DNA from: Gammaproteobacteria bacterium
Lineage (GTDB): Bacteria > Gemmatimonadota > Gemmatimonadetes > Longimicrobiales > Gaopeijiaceae
Assembly (NCBI GenBank): GCA_028819075.1
Contig: JAPPMM010000065.1
Location: 83,067-147,066, forward strand
Reading direction: 5' to 3'
DNA: 64,000 nucleotides
Shown here: positions 7,966 to 20,010 of the stretch, in pieces
How the letters are laid out: each line of letters starts with the position of its first letter
Numbering within the stretch: the first letter of the stretch is position 1
Program-made: the position numbers and the translations under genes
Notes under the pieces: generated by a model
Seen by the model: the letters and a program-made list of their open reading frames with translations, nothing else
Told to the model about the DNA's origin: nothing
The model's database searches: none

Positions 7966-10743
7966 TCATGAACCGGCCTGGTCCTCGAAGCGCTCCAGCA
8001 GGTCGCGCAACTCGCGCAGACGCGCGCCGAAACCGGCGAAATCGCCGGCCCGGAGCGCTTCCTCCGCGCGGTCGAGCAGATCCAGGGCGTCGCCCGGCCA
8101 GGCCGACGTGTCGGTGGCCAGTTCCCGCAGTTCCACCAGGTCCCGGGTGTCGACCACTTCCTCGGGCGCGTCGGGCGCGGCCATGGCTGCGAGCGCCGCC
8201 ACGGTGGCGTCCAGGGTCGGCTGCATCGCCACCCGGCGGCCATCGCTGACGACGAACTGGCGGAGCTCGGGAATCGCGTCCGACTCGGCTGCCAGGAAGA
8301 TCGGTTCCATGTACATGAGCGTGCCGTCCACGGGCACGATGTGCAGGTGACCGGTCCAGACGTCGCTTCCCCCCTGCCGCCAGAGCGAGAGCTGCTGGGA
8401 GATGAAGGGATCCTGTTCCACGAGCGCCTCCACCAGGCGGGGGCCGGGGACCTGATCCTCGACCGGAATGTCGTAGAGCAGGAGCTCGCCGTAGTTGTCC
8501 CCGTCGCTGCGCGCGACCAGCAGGGCGGTCAGGTTCTGTCGGCCGGCCGGTACGAAGGCGGTGCTCAGCAGGTACTCGGGCTCCCGCACGCCGGGCAGCC
8601 GGTAGATGGCGTACTCGGGCCTGTAGGGGACCGGATTGGTGCCCTGGGCGAGCTCCGTGGCGGGCGCCCACACGTCTTCCTGGCCGTGGAAGGAAGGGGC
8701 GGTTTCCAGATGATACTGAAACAGCACCCGGCCCTGCAGGCTGAGAAGCGCGCGCGGATAGCGAATGTGTTCGCGGAGCCCGGGAGGCATCTCGTCCATG
8801 GGTTGAAAGAGGCCGGGAAGGACGCGCCGGTAGGCTTCAAGCAACGGATCGCTCTCGTCAGCCACATAGAAGGCGACACGCCCGGTCACCCCGTCCACGG
8901 TGACCTTCACGCTGTTGCGCACATAGGTCACCGCAGAACGCGCTTCCAGGTCGTAGGCGCTCGCCAGCGGGAAATGGCGGGTGGCGGTGAAGGCGTCGAG
9001 CATCCAGACCACGCGGCCCTCGTGCACCACCGGATAGGGCGATTCGGCAAAGCGCAGGAAGGGGGCGATATCGCGCGCCCGCGCCGTCACCTGGCGCCGA
9101 AAGACGAAACGGCTGCGGGGCGAGACCTCGGAGGCGAACAGCAGGTTGGTATCGCGGAAGCGGAACGCGAGCAGAACCTTGCGCAGCCAGGAATCCAGCA
9201 GGATGCCTTCCGGATAGTCCACTCCGGCCTGGCCGGGCCGGCCCTCGGGGTCGAGAAAGGCTTCGGTGGTCGGATTGATGATCGCGTAGGCCTGTGGGCG
9301 AATGCCGAAGAACACGGAAGGCCGTACCAGGCGCAGCCTCTCGGGCGCCGCCGTGCCTTCCGCGAACTCGGGCGGGATCGCGGACAGGATCGTCGACGGC
9401 CGCCCCTCCGGGGTGTGCTCCCCCGCCGCGCTGGCAACCGCGCCCATTCCCGCGATGTAGCGCTCGCGGATGTGGAGGTTCTGCCAGTTGCGGTCCTCGA
9501 TGCCGCCGGGCTCGATCTCGCGCACCGCCAGCGCGACCGGCACCAGGCCGTCCGGGCCCCGGTAGCGATCGATGGCGACATCGCTGAACTCGTAGTAGCG
9601 GAAGCGGGCCTCCAGCTGCCGATACGTGGTCAGGAGCGCGCCCGGAGTCCAGACCGGCAGCCCGCCGAATTGGCTGGCGACGGCCATCGCGCGCGGTTCT
9701 TCGGTCGTCCCGCGGTAGTCGAAGCGCTCACGCCGCAACTCGTCGAGCCCGAACCCGATGCGCGTGAACTCCAGGTTGTGCTCGATAAAGGGGGTTTCGC
9801 TCTCGAGCTCGTTGGGCTCGACGCGAAAGCGCTGCACGGTCGCCGGGTAGAGCTGAGCCAGCACGAGCGTGCCCACGACCGTCGCGCCGAGCCCGATTGC
9901 GGTCGGGACGACCTTGCGCCGCGAGCCTCCCCATGCCACCAGGGCCGCCGAACCCAGTGCGACCACGGCGAGCGCCGTCAACGCGGGCAGGCGGGCGACG
10001 GCGTCGGTGAAGCCGAACAGCCCCTGCACGCCGGAGTTGCCGTCGAGCAGGAGGATGTAGCGGGCGACCTGGAAGCGTACGGCCAGCAGGACCAGAAACG
10101 TCGTGACCAGGAGGGTGAGGTGGCGGCGCGCCAGATCTTCCAGCCCGAGTCCCTTGCGCGTCAGGCGGAGGGCGCCGGTGGCCGCGTAGATTGCGATGGA
10201 GAGGCTGAAGAGGAAGAAGATCAGCAGGAGCGCGAAGGCGAGAATCCCGCTCATCACCGGCAGGGCGAATATGTAGAAGGACACATCGTGCCCGAGGACC
10301 GGGTCGCTCAGCCCCCACGCGGGGGCCCGCAGCAGGAGCAGCAGAGCCAGTCCCGCTTCGGGGGGAACCACGGCGCTGAACCAGAGCGCCGCCAGCACCG
10401 AGATCACGAGCGTGCCGCGCGAGATCCAGACGCCGGGGATTCTCTCCGATATCTCCAGGTTGGCGAAACGCCTGCGGATCCTGAGCGCGCGCACCGCGAC
10501 CGCGAACAGGCGCACGTTCGCGTAGACCATCGCGCCGACGGCCAGCATGACCAGGATGCGCACCCCCCAGCGCGCCAGCGTGCGGGTCCAGAAGACGTCG
10601 AGATACCCGTTGGCCCCGAACCAGAGAACTTCGACGTAGAGGTCGATGGCTTCGCGCACGACCAGAAGCACCGCGGCCCCGGCCACGATCGAGGCGACCA
10701 GAACGCGGCCGCCGCGCCACGGGCGAGGGCGCGCCTCAGACAC
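7966..10743 (-). CDS. UPF0182-family large integral membrane protein (function unknown)
   Basis: 925 aa. It has about 7 N-terminal hydrophobic helices, the segment YVEVLWFGANGYLDVFWTR that I recall as typical of UPF0182, and a ~600-aa soluble C-terminal part. Family assignment is from memory. Confidence 0.6.
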   Translation of the reverse strand: MSEARPRPWRGGRVLVASIVAGAAVLLVVREAIDLYVEVLWFGANGYLDVFWTRTLARWGVRILVMLAVGAMVYANVRLFAVAVRALRIRRRFANLEISERIPGVWISRGTLVISVLAALWFSAVVPPEAGLALLLLLRAPAWGLSDPVLGHDVSFYIFALPVMSGILAFALLLIFFLFSLSIAIYAATGALRLTRKGLGLEDLARRHLTLLVTTFLVLLAVRFQVARYILLLDGNSGVQGLFGFTDAVARLPALTALAVVALGSAALVAWGGSRRKVVPTAIGLGATVVGTLVLAQLYPATVQRFRVEPNELESETPFIEHNLEFTRIGFGLDELRRERFDYRGTTEEPRAMAVASQFGGLPVWTPGALLTTYRQLEARFRYYEFSDVAIDRYRGPDGLVPVALAVREIEPGGIEDRNWQNLHIRERYIAGMGAVASAAGEHTPEGRPSTILSAIPPEFAEGTAAPERLRLVRPSVFFGIRPQAYAIINPTTEAFLDPEGRPGQAGVDYPEGILLDSWLRKVLLAFRFRDTNLLFASEVSPRSRFVFRRQVTARARDIAPFLRFAESPYPVVHEGRVVWMLDAFTATRHFPLASAYDLEARSAVTYVRNSVKVTVDGVTGRVAFYVADESDPLLEAYRRVLPGLFQPMDEMPPGLREHIRYPRALLSLQGRVLFQYHLETAPSFHGQEDVWAPATELAQGTNPVPYRPEYAIYRLPGVREPEYLLSTAFVPAGRQNLTALLVARSDGDNYGELLLYDIPVEDQVPGPRLVEALVEQDPFISQQLSLWRQGGSDVWTGHLHIVPVDGTLMYMEPIFLAAESDAIPELRQFVVSDGRRVAMQPTLDATVAALAAMAAPDAPEEVVDTRDLVELRELATDTSAWPGDALDLLDRAEEALRAGDFAGFGARLRELRDLLERFEDQAGS

Positions 10744-12106
10744 CGACGCCTCGGGCCCGGAGCCAGTCCTCGACCTCGCGCTGGATCTCCCCGAGGCGGA
10801 TATCGGTGTCGGCTTCGTAGCGCGCCGCGAGGACGGGCTGGGTATTGGATGCTCTCAACAGGCCCCAGCCTCCGTCGAAGAGGATGCGTGCACCGTCCAC
10901 CGCGATCACCTCGTGGCTCCGGGAGAAATGTTCGCGGGCGGCTTCGGCGATGTCGTGCTTGATGTGCTCGGCCACCTCGATACGGTACTCCGGGGTCGAT
11001 GCGTAGCGAGGCAGATCCGCCACCAGCGCCGAGAGCGAGCGTCCGGACGCGGCGAGCAGGCGCAGAAGCCGGCACGCGGCGTAGACGGCGTCGTCCACCC
11101 CGATGTACTCGTCGGCGAAGCAGATGTGCCCGGAGAGTTCACCACCGATGACCGCTCCGGTGGCATGCATCTTCTCCTTGATGAGGGAGTGTCCGGTCGC
11201 CCACATGACGGGGACGCCCCCCGCCGACTCGAAAACGCGCGGCAGCACCTGGGAGCACTTCACGTCGAAGACCAGCTTCTCGCCCGGACCCCGGCGTTCG
11301 AGCACCTCCAGGCCGAAGAGGAGAAGCAGGATGTCGCCCCGGACCACCGCGCCGGTCTCGTCCACGACCCCGATGCGGTCGGCGTCGCCGTCGAAGCCGA
11401 CGCCCAGGGCCGCGCCGGTCCGGCGAACCCTCGCCGCCAGGTCCACGATGTTCTCGTCGACCGTGGGATCGGGGTGATGGTTCGGGAAGGTCCCGTCGAG
11501 CTCGCAGTAGAGGGGGATCACCTCGGCTCCGATCGCCTCCAGCACAGGCACCGCGGTGAGCGCCCCGGAAGCGTTGGCGCAGTCCACGACCACCTTCAGC
11601 GGCACGGTTTCCTCGAACCGGCCCGCGATGTCCGCGACGTACCGGTCGAGAACGTCGACGCGTTCCAGGGTGCCCGGTCCACGACGCGCCACTCCTTCAT
11701 CGATCCGCCGCCGCAGCTCCTGAATCCCTTCGCCGTACAGCGGGCGGCCACCCACGGTCATCTTGATTCCGTTCCATTCGGGGGGGTTGTGGCTGCCGGT
11801 GATCTGAGCGCCCCCTGCCGCCGCCAGCTCGCGCTCGGCCCAGTAGGTCACCGGGGTCGGTACCGTGCCGAGGCTGACGACGTGTCCGCCCGCCGAGCGG
11901 ATGCCCTCCGAGAGCGCGTCGGCCAGGCCGTCCGAGCTGGGACGGTTGTCGCTCCCGACCACGATGCGGGGACGGGCATCGCCGCCCCGTGCGCTCACCG
12001 CAGTGACCAGGGCGCTCCCGGTGGCGCGGGCCACCTCGCTGTCGATGGTTTCGCCAACGATGCCCCGGATGTCGTATTGCCGGAAGATCTCGGGAGAAAA
12101 GCTCAA
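10736..12106 (-). CDS. phosphomannomutase/phosphoglucomutase
   Basis: Alpha-D-phosphohexomutase motifs are present: catalytic serine loop TGSHNPPEWNG, Mg loop GFDGDADR, sugar loop GGELSGH. The start codon in the track is TTG at 12104-12106, so the start is moderately uncertain. Confidence 0.85.
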   Translation of the reverse strand: MSFSPEIFRQYDIRGIVGETIDSEVARATGSALVTAVSARGGDARPRIVVGSDNRPSSDGLADALSEGIRSAGGHVVSLGTVPTPVTYWAERELAAAGGAQITGSHNPPEWNGIKMTVGGRPLYGEGIQELRRRIDEGVARRGPGTLERVDVLDRYVADIAGRFEETVPLKVVVDCANASGALTAVPVLEAIGAEVIPLYCELDGTFPNHHPDPTVDENIVDLAARVRRTGAALGVGFDGDADRIGVVDETGAVVRGDILLLLFGLEVLERRGPGEKLVFDVKCSQVLPRVFESAGGVPVMWATGHSLIKEKMHATGAVIGGELSGHICFADEYIGVDDAVYAACRLLRLLAASGRSLSALVADLPRYASTPEYRIEVAEHIKHDIAEAAREHFSRSHEVIAVDGARILFDGGWGLLRASNTQPVLAARYEADTDIRLGEIQREVEDWLRARGVGV

Positions 12107-12206
12107 AACCGGTACAGCCCGGAAGTGGTTGCGTGCCGTGTGATGTCTCGCGGATGCCTGGCGATCCGCTGTCGCGCACTAGTGCGGATGCGCTGAACTC
12201 ATCCCG

Positions 12207-13721
12207 CTAGGGAGCGGCGCCCAGGAGCAGTGCTCCTGCCGTCAGCAGTCCTTCCGCACCCGCGCGGGCGAATCCCACGCCCCCGCCCGGGAAGACGCCC
12301 AGACCGATTACGACCGCCACCGCCGCGCCCATCGCGAAGCGCATGGTCAGGGGCACGGTCACGGGGTCCGGCTCGTCGGATTCCGCCGCTTCCCGCATCC
12401 ACATGTACCATGCGATCCGCAGGTAGTAATAGTACGACACCACGGTCGTGAGGACGAAAATCACGGAAAGGGTCCAGAGTCCGGCCTCGGCCGCTCCCTG
12501 CAGAATGAAGATCTTGCCCATGAACCCGCCCGTGCCGGGGAAGCCGGCAAGGGAGAGGAGAAAGATGGTCAGGCAGACGGCCAGAGCGGGATGCCTGGCC
12601 CCGAGCCCCGCGTACCGGTGGAGACCGAGCCGCTCCTCGCCGTGCCCTGAAACGCACAGGATCACTGCGAACGCGCCGATGTTCATCGCGGTGTAGACCA
12701 GCAGGTAGAACAGCAGTCCCGCGGTGGCGTTCTGATTCAGGGCCACGATGGCCACCAGCAGGTAGCCGGCGTGAGCGATGCTGGAATAGGCCAGCAGCCG
12801 CTTGACGTTGGTCTGGGCCAGGGCGATGACGTTGGCGATCACCATGGTGAGCGCCGCGAGCCACCACCCGATCGCGTACCAGCTCTCGGGGATGCCCCCG
12901 AATCCGACCAGGAAGACGCGGGCGAAGGCGACGAACGCCGCTGCCTTCACGCTCGCCGACATGAAGGCCGTCACCGGCGAAGGGGCGCCCTCGTAGACGT
13001 CGGGCGTCCACATGTGGAACGGGATCGCCGAGACCTTGAAGGCGAAGCCGATGGCCAGCAGCGCGATGCCGACGTGGAGCAGCCCCGCCACCGCCGCACC
13101 CGAGCCGATGGCCAGAGCGATGAGCCCCAGGTTGGTGCTGCCCGTGGCTCCGTATACCAGCGCGATTCCGTAGAGAAGAAAGCCGGTGGAGAAGGCGCCC
13201 AGCAGGAAGTACTTGAGCCCCGATTCCGCCGACTTCGGATCGCGCCGATTGAAGCCCGACAGCACGTAGGCGCTGATCGACATCACCTCCAGGGCCAGGA
13301 AGATCACGATCAGGTCGCGCGTGCCGCCCATGAGCATCATGCCCACCGTGGCGAAGAGCACCAGAGCGTGGAACTCCCCCTCCTGCAAGCGCTGGCGGCG
13401 CACGTAGGCGGGCGAGATGGCCAGCGCGAGCATGGCCGCGAGCAGGAAGATCCAGTTGGCGAAGAGGTGGAAGCGGTCGACGGCGATCATCGTGCTTCCC
13501 TGCCCCGGTGTCAGCCCGTACAGCCACCCGTTGGCGACGGCCGCCGCGAGCACGCCCACCATCGCCAGAACCGCCAGATTCCCCGAGCCGGCGCGCGGCG
13601 CCGAGGTCGCGCCGCCCTTCCAGACGCCGGCCAGCAGCACCCCGGTCCCCCAGACCGAGAGCACGATCTCGGGAAGCAGCGCCAGCAGGTAGTGCGCGGG
13701 GGTGGAGAAGTCGAGCGTCAT
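12207..13721 (-). CDS. nuoN: NADH-quinone oxidoreductase subunit N
   Basis: Polytopic antiporter-like protein starting MTLDFSTPAHYLLALLPEIVL at ATG 13719-13721 (504 aa), overlapping the nuoM stop by 4 nt. Last gene of the nuo operon. The 958-aa tracked ORF is a read-through into nuoM sequence. Confidence 0.9.
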   Translation of the reverse strand: MTLDFSTPAHYLLALLPEIVLSVWGTGVLLAGVWKGGATSAPRAGSGNLAVLAMVGVLAAAVANGWLYGLTPGQGSTMIAVDRFHLFANWIFLLAAMLALAISPAYVRRQRLQEGEFHALVLFATVGMMLMGGTRDLIVIFLALEVMSISAYVLSGFNRRDPKSAESGLKYFLLGAFSTGFLLYGIALVYGATGSTNLGLIALAIGSGAAVAGLLHVGIALLAIGFAFKVSAIPFHMWTPDVYEGAPSPVTAFMSASVKAAAFVAFARVFLVGFGGIPESWYAIGWWLAALTMVIANVIALAQTNVKRLLAYSSIAHAGYLLVAIVALNQNATAGLLFYLLVYTAMNIGAFAVILCVSGHGEERLGLHRYAGLGARHPALAVCLTIFLLSLAGFPGTGGFMGKIFILQGAAEAGLWTLSVIFVLTTVVSYYYYLRIAWYMWMREAAESDEPDPVTVPLTMRFAMGAAVAVVIGLGVFPGGGVGFARAGAEGLLTAGALLLGAAP

Positions 13722-15250
13722 GAGTCGGCCGGCTCCTCGGCGGGCGGGGTCGTGTGGACGCGCTCCAGGATGGCTTCCACGCTCGGCTCCATGCGCTCGA
13801 GAATCGGCGTGGGCGCGACTCCGATCACGATCATGAGCGCGACCATGGGCGAGAGGATGAAGATCTCCCGGCGGGAGAGGTCGGGCATCGACCGGTTCTC
13901 CTCGCGGTCCAGCTCGTTGAAGAGCACCCGCTGCACCATGGGCAGCATGTAGTAGGCGGCGAAGATGACGCCGCTGGTGGCGATGACGGCGGTGACGGGG
14001 TGTGTCTCGAAGGTGCCCAGAAGCGCCAGGAACTCGCCGACGAAGCCGCTTGTGCCGGGGAGGCCGATCGAAGCCAGGGCCGTGATCACGAGGGCCAGGG
14101 CGAGCATGGGCGCGACGCGTGCGAGGCCGCCGAACTCCCCGGTCAGCCGGGTGTGGCGGCGCTCGTACAGCATGCCCAGGATGAGGAAGAGCGCCCCGGT
14201 GGAGATGCCGTGCGAGATCATCACCACGAGCCCTCCCTGAATTCCGTTCAGCGTCAGGGCGAAAATGCCGATCACCACGAAGCCCATGTGCGCCACCGAG
14301 GTGTAGGCCACCAGCTTCTTGGCGTCCGGCTGCACTGCCGCCACCCAGGCGGCGTACACGATGCCCGCCGTGCCGAGCACCAGCATCACGGTCACCACCG
14401 AGGGGTGCTGGGAGGCGGCGGGGAAGAACGGCAGCAGGAAGCGCAGGAACCCGTAGGTGCCCATCTTGAGCAGGATCGCGGCCAGCACCACCGAGCCCGG
14501 CGTGGGAGCCTCCACGTGCGCGTCCGGCAGCCAGGTGTGGAAGGGGAACAGCGGCACCTTGATGGAGAACGCGAGCGCGAAGGCGGCGAACAGCCAGAGC
14601 TGCTCGCGCATCGAGAGCGACACGCCGAGGATGTCCAGATAGGCGAACGATCCGTCTCCGGCGCCCGCGGTCGCGGCGTAGAGGTAGAGGATCCCGACCA
14701 GCATCAGCAGCGACCCCACCGCCGTGTACAGGAAGAACTTCACCGCGGCGTAGATGCGGCGCTTGCCCCCCCAGACCCCGACGATGAAGTACATCGGCAC
14801 CAGGGTGAGCTCGAAGAAGACGTAGAACAGCATCAGATCGAGCGCCGTGAAGACGCCGATGATACCGGTCTGCAGCAGAAGCATCAGGGCGTAGAAGGAC
14901 TTCCGGCGGCGGGTGATGTAGCGGAACGAGCCGAGAATGGTGATCGGGGCCGTGAAGCAGGACAGCAGCACCATGAACAGCGAGATGCCGTCGATGCCGA
15001 GCGCGTAGTGCACGCCCCACGCTTCGATCCAGGGCACGCTCGACGCCATCTGAAAGCCCGGATCCCCGACCGTGAAGGACCACCAGAGGCCGAGGCTCAC
15101 CACGAAGAGCGCGAGCGTCCAGCCGAAGGCGATGTGCCCGGATCGCTCATCGTCCTCGAGCAGCACGTGCAGCATCGCAGCCATCGGACCCCACACCAGC
15201 ACGTGCAGGATCCAGGAGTCGAACGCGACCGCTTGCAGCAGGCTCGTCAT
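13718..15250 (-). CDS. nuoM: NADH-quinone oxidoreductase subunit M
   Basis: 510-aa antiporter-like membrane subunit (FPFHTWLPDAHVEAPT motif), between nuoL and nuoN. Confidence 0.9.
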   Translation of the reverse strand: MTSLLQAVAFDSWILHVLVWGPMAAMLHVLLEDDERSGHIAFGWTLALFVVSLGLWWSFTVGDPGFQMASSVPWIEAWGVHYALGIDGISLFMVLLSCFTAPITILGSFRYITRRRKSFYALMLLLQTGIIGVFTALDLMLFYVFFELTLVPMYFIVGVWGGKRRIYAAVKFFLYTAVGSLLMLVGILYLYAATAGAGDGSFAYLDILGVSLSMREQLWLFAAFALAFSIKVPLFPFHTWLPDAHVEAPTPGSVVLAAILLKMGTYGFLRFLLPFFPAASQHPSVVTVMLVLGTAGIVYAAWVAAVQPDAKKLVAYTSVAHMGFVVIGIFALTLNGIQGGLVVMISHGISTGALFLILGMLYERRHTRLTGEFGGLARVAPMLALALVITALASIGLPGTSGFVGEFLALLGTFETHPVTAVIATSGVIFAAYYMLPMVQRVLFNELDREENRSMPDLSRREIFILSPMVALMIVIGVAPTPILERMEPSVEAILERVHTTPPAEEPADS

Positions 15251-15260
15251 GACCGGCTCC

Positions 15261-17396
<2,136 letters not shown>

Positions 17397-17400
17397 CCAG

Positions 17401-17694
17401 CTACCACTTGAGCAGGTTGAAGTTGTCCACGTTGACGGTCCGGTAGTGCCGGAATATGGAGATGATGATCGCGAGTCCGACCGCGGCTTCCGCGGCCGCC
17501 ACCGTCATGACGAAGAAGACGAAGACCTGTCCCTCCACGCCCACGTACCGGGAAAAGGCCACCAGAGCCAGGTTCACCGCGTTCAGCTGGAGCTCGATGC
17601 AGAGGAACATGATGATGGCGTTCCGGCGCACGAGCACCCCGAAGGTGCCGATCACGAACAGCAGGGCGCTGGTGGTCAGGGCTTCGGTCAGCAC
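17401..17694 (-). CDS. nuoK: NADH-quinone oxidoreductase subunit K
   Basis: 97-aa three-helix protein (...[17 protein letters not shown]...) in the canonical position. Confidence 0.9.
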   Translation of the reverse strand: MLTEALTTSALLFVIGTFGVLVRRNAIIMFLCIELQLNAVNLALVAFSRYVGVEGQVFVFFVMTVAAAEAAVGLAIIISIFRHYRTVNVDNFNLLKW

Positions 17695-17704
17695 GCGGCG
17701 CTCC

Positions 17705-18229
17705 TCACACCCGCTTCTTCGCCAGCGCGACGGCGCCGACCACCGCGACCAGCAGCAGGATTCCGGTGATCTCGAATGGAACCACGTATTCCTGGAAGAG
17801 CGGCCGTGCGATCAGCGACACCGCACCCCGCTCGGCCAGCTCCAGGTCCATCGCCGCCGCGCCCGGGAAGCTCTCGTAAAGGGGGCTCGTCTCCGCGCCG
17901 CCGAACCGGGTGGCGAGGATACCGCAGATCGCCCCCGAGACGACGAAGGCGCACACGGCATAGAGCCCGCGCACCAGGTCGTCCCGGTAGTCGTGCCCCA
18001 GGTTCAGGAGCATGATCACGAACAGGAAAAGCACCATGATGGCGCCGGCGTAGACCATGACCTGAATGGCGGCCAGGAAGTGCGCTTCCAGGAGCACGTA
18101 GATCCCGGCCACGCTCGCCAGCGACACCACCATGAACATGAGGCTGGCCACCGGATTCCGGCTCGCCACCACCCCGATGCCTCCGCCCACCACGGTCACG
18201 GCGAAGACGTAGAAGAGGATCAGCTCCAT
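17705..18229 (-). CDS. nuoJ: NADH-quinone oxidoreductase subunit J
   Basis: 174-aa membrane protein ([21 protein letters not shown]) in the canonical position. Confidence 0.85.
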   Translation of the reverse strand: MELILFYVFAVTVVGGGIGVVASRNPVASLMFMVVSLASVAGIYVLLEAHFLAAIQVMVYAGAIMVLFLFVIMLLNLGHDYRDDLVRGLYAVCAFVVSGAICGILATRFGGAETSPLYESFPGAAAMDLELAERGAVSLIARPLFQEYVVPFEITGILLLVAVVGAVALAKKRV

Positions 18230-18233
18230 CCCC

Positions 18234-18734
18234 TCACTCCGATGCGGGGTCGGAGGGGTCCCAGAGCGCGGTGACCGGGTGCTCCTGCTCCATCAGCCGG
18301 TCGAGGTCGTAGACGAAGCGCTCGCGCGTGTACTCGGCGTTCTCGAAGTGCTGGCCCACGTGGATCGCCTCCACCGGGCACACCTCCTGGCACATGCCGC
18401 AGAAGATGCAGCGGAACTCGTCGATCTCGTAGACGATGGGGTAGCGGTTGCCCTGATCGTCCTCGCCGCCCACCAGGCGGATGCAGTTGGCCGGGCAGAC
18501 CGTGGGGCAGAGACCGCAGGCGACGCACTTGGGACGCCCGTCGGCGTGCACCTCCATGCGGTGGGTGCCGCGCCAGCGGGGATGGAGTTCCGTGGGTTCC
18601 TCGGGATAGCTGCGCGTCACCTTGCGCGGGTTGACCATGTGCCGGAAGGTCAGCGACATCCCCTTGAGGGCGGCTCTCAGGTACGAACTCCGGGCCGCTT
18701 CGGGCCGGCGTATCACTTTCACCGATATGGCCAT
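18234..18734 (-). CDS. nuoI: NADH-quinone oxidoreductase subunit I
   Basis: 166 aa with two 4Fe-4S ferredoxin motifs, CVACGLCPTVCP and CIFCGMCQEVCP. Confidence 0.95.
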   Translation of the reverse strand: MAISVKVIRRPEAARSSYLRAALKGMSLTFRHMVNPRKVTRSYPEEPTELHPRWRGTHRMEVHADGRPKCVACGLCPTVCPANCIRLVGGEDDQGNRYPIVYEIDEFRCIFCGMCQEVCPVEAIHVGQHFENAEYTRERFVYDLDRLMEQEHPVTALWDPSDPASE

Positions 18735-18750
18735 TGCGACTCCCGCGGGA

Positions 18751-20010
18751 TCATGGGTGGGCGGCCGGCGCCGGGCGCGCAGCCCGTCCGGCTGGCGCGG
18801 CCCCGGTGATGATGCGGCCGCGGTCGAGGTAGAGGGCGAACATGGCGGTGGCGACGAGGCTCACTCCGGTCAGCGCCAGGGCGAAGCCCGGGCCGCCGGA
18901 CACCCCCAGCTGATCCAGCACCAGGATGGTGGCGCCCACGAGCATGACGTAGGCGAGCGCGGTGGGCAGCATCACCTTCCAGCCCAGGTGCATGACCTGG
19001 TCGTAGCGGAAGCGCGGAAGGGTCCAGCGCACCCAGATGTAGAGGACCACGAAGAAGGTGGTCTTGAGCATGAAGGCGCCCAGGGTGAGCAGCGTGGTCC
19101 AGATCGACAGCTGCGCCGGGATGGGGTCGCCCGCCGCGGTAAATCCGGAGATGAGCCCGCCCTCGTACGGGATGAAGTTGTCCCCCGACCAGAAGGGGAT
19201 GTCCCAGCCGCCCAGGAAGAGCGTGGCCATGAGCGCCGAAGCCGTGATCACGTGCGCATACTCGGCGATGAAGAACATGCTGAACTTCATGGACGAATAC
19301 TCGGTGTGGTATCCGGTCACGAGCTCGGACTCGGCCTCCGGCATGTCGAAGGGCAGCCGGTTGGTCTCCGCGAATGCCGAGATGAGGAAGAGCAGGAAGC
19401 CGAGCGACAGGGGGAGGATGTACCACAGCCCCAGCTGCTGATCGGCGACCATCCGGGTGAGGGTGACGTTGCCCGCGAGCATCATGACCGGGATCAGCGA
19501 GAGCCCCAGCCCGACCTCGTAGCTCACCATCTGGGCGGAGGCGCGCAGGCCGCCCAGAAGCGCGTACTTGTTGTTGGACGACCAGCCGCCCAGGAAGATC
19601 CCGTACACCCCGAGCGAGCCGATGGCGAGGATGTAGAGCACCCCTACCGGCAGGTCTGCGACGATCATGTCCACCGTCCCCCACGGCGTGGGCAGCGGGG
19701 CGGCGAAGGGAATCACGGCGAATGTGACCAGCGCCGGCATGATCGACAGCATCGGGCCCAGAACGAAGAAGAAGCGCGATGCAGTGGCCGGGTCGGTCTC
19801 CTCCTTGATGATGTTCTTGAGGCCGTCGGCGATGGGCTGCAGGAGCCCGAACGGGCCCACCCGGTTCGGCCCCAGGCGATCCTGGATGAAGGCCGACAGG
19901 CGCCGCTCGGCCCAGGTGGCGTACATGATCGCCACCATCAGCGCCGTGAACACGGCCAGCACCTTGACGGCGGCGGCGATCAGGAAGGCCGTGGACGAGA
20001 GTTCGTTCAT
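18751..20010 (-). CDS. nuoH: NADH-quinone oxidoreductase subunit H
   Basis: Polytopic membrane protein with NuoH-like segments (GPFGLLQPIADGLK, AETNRLPFD). Start set at ATG 20008-20010 (MNELSSTAF...), which overlaps the nuoG stop by 4 nt. Confidence 0.9.
   Translation of the reverse strand: MNELSSTAFLIAAAVKVLAVFTALMVAIMYATWAERRLSAFIQDRLGPNRVGPFGLLQPIADGLKNIIKEETDPATASRFFFVLGPMLSIMPALVTFAVIPFAAPLPTPWGTVDMIVADLPVGVLYILAIGSLGVYGIFLGGWSSNNKYALLGGLRASAQMVSYEVGLGLSLIPVMMLAGNVTLTRMVADQQLGLWYILPLSLGFLLFLISAFAETNRLPFDMPEAESELVTGYHTEYSSMKFSMFFIAEYAHVITASALMATLFLGGWDIPFWSGDNFIPYEGGLISGFTAAGDPIPAQLSIWTTLLTLGAFMLKTTFFVVLYIWVRWTLPRFRYDQVMHLGWKVMLPTALAYVMLVGATILVLDQLGVSGGPGFALALTGVSLVATAMFALYLDRGRIITGAAPAGRAARPAPAAHP

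Noticed and set aside
8341-10962. Very long antisense ORFs opposite real genes. Examples are 8341-10962 (873 aa), 36549-39740 (1063 aa), 41031-44213 (1060 aa), 15657-17411, 18622-20670, 21491-23620 and 33533-35500.
   Set aside because: Their translations are Arg/Gly/Pro/Ala/His-rich with no motifs. The opposite strand encodes unmistakable proteins (UPF0182, ValS, DinG, NuoL/H/F, SelA). Stop-codon-poor antisense frames are expected in high-GC DNA.
12150-12185. Palindrome CGCACTAGTGCG and a short hairpin plus TTTT after nuoN, considered as the nuo operon terminator.
   Set aside because: The palindrome has no loop. The CCGG...CCGG stem is only 4 bp, and its T-run overlaps the proposed start of the mutase gene. 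This is too weak to call.
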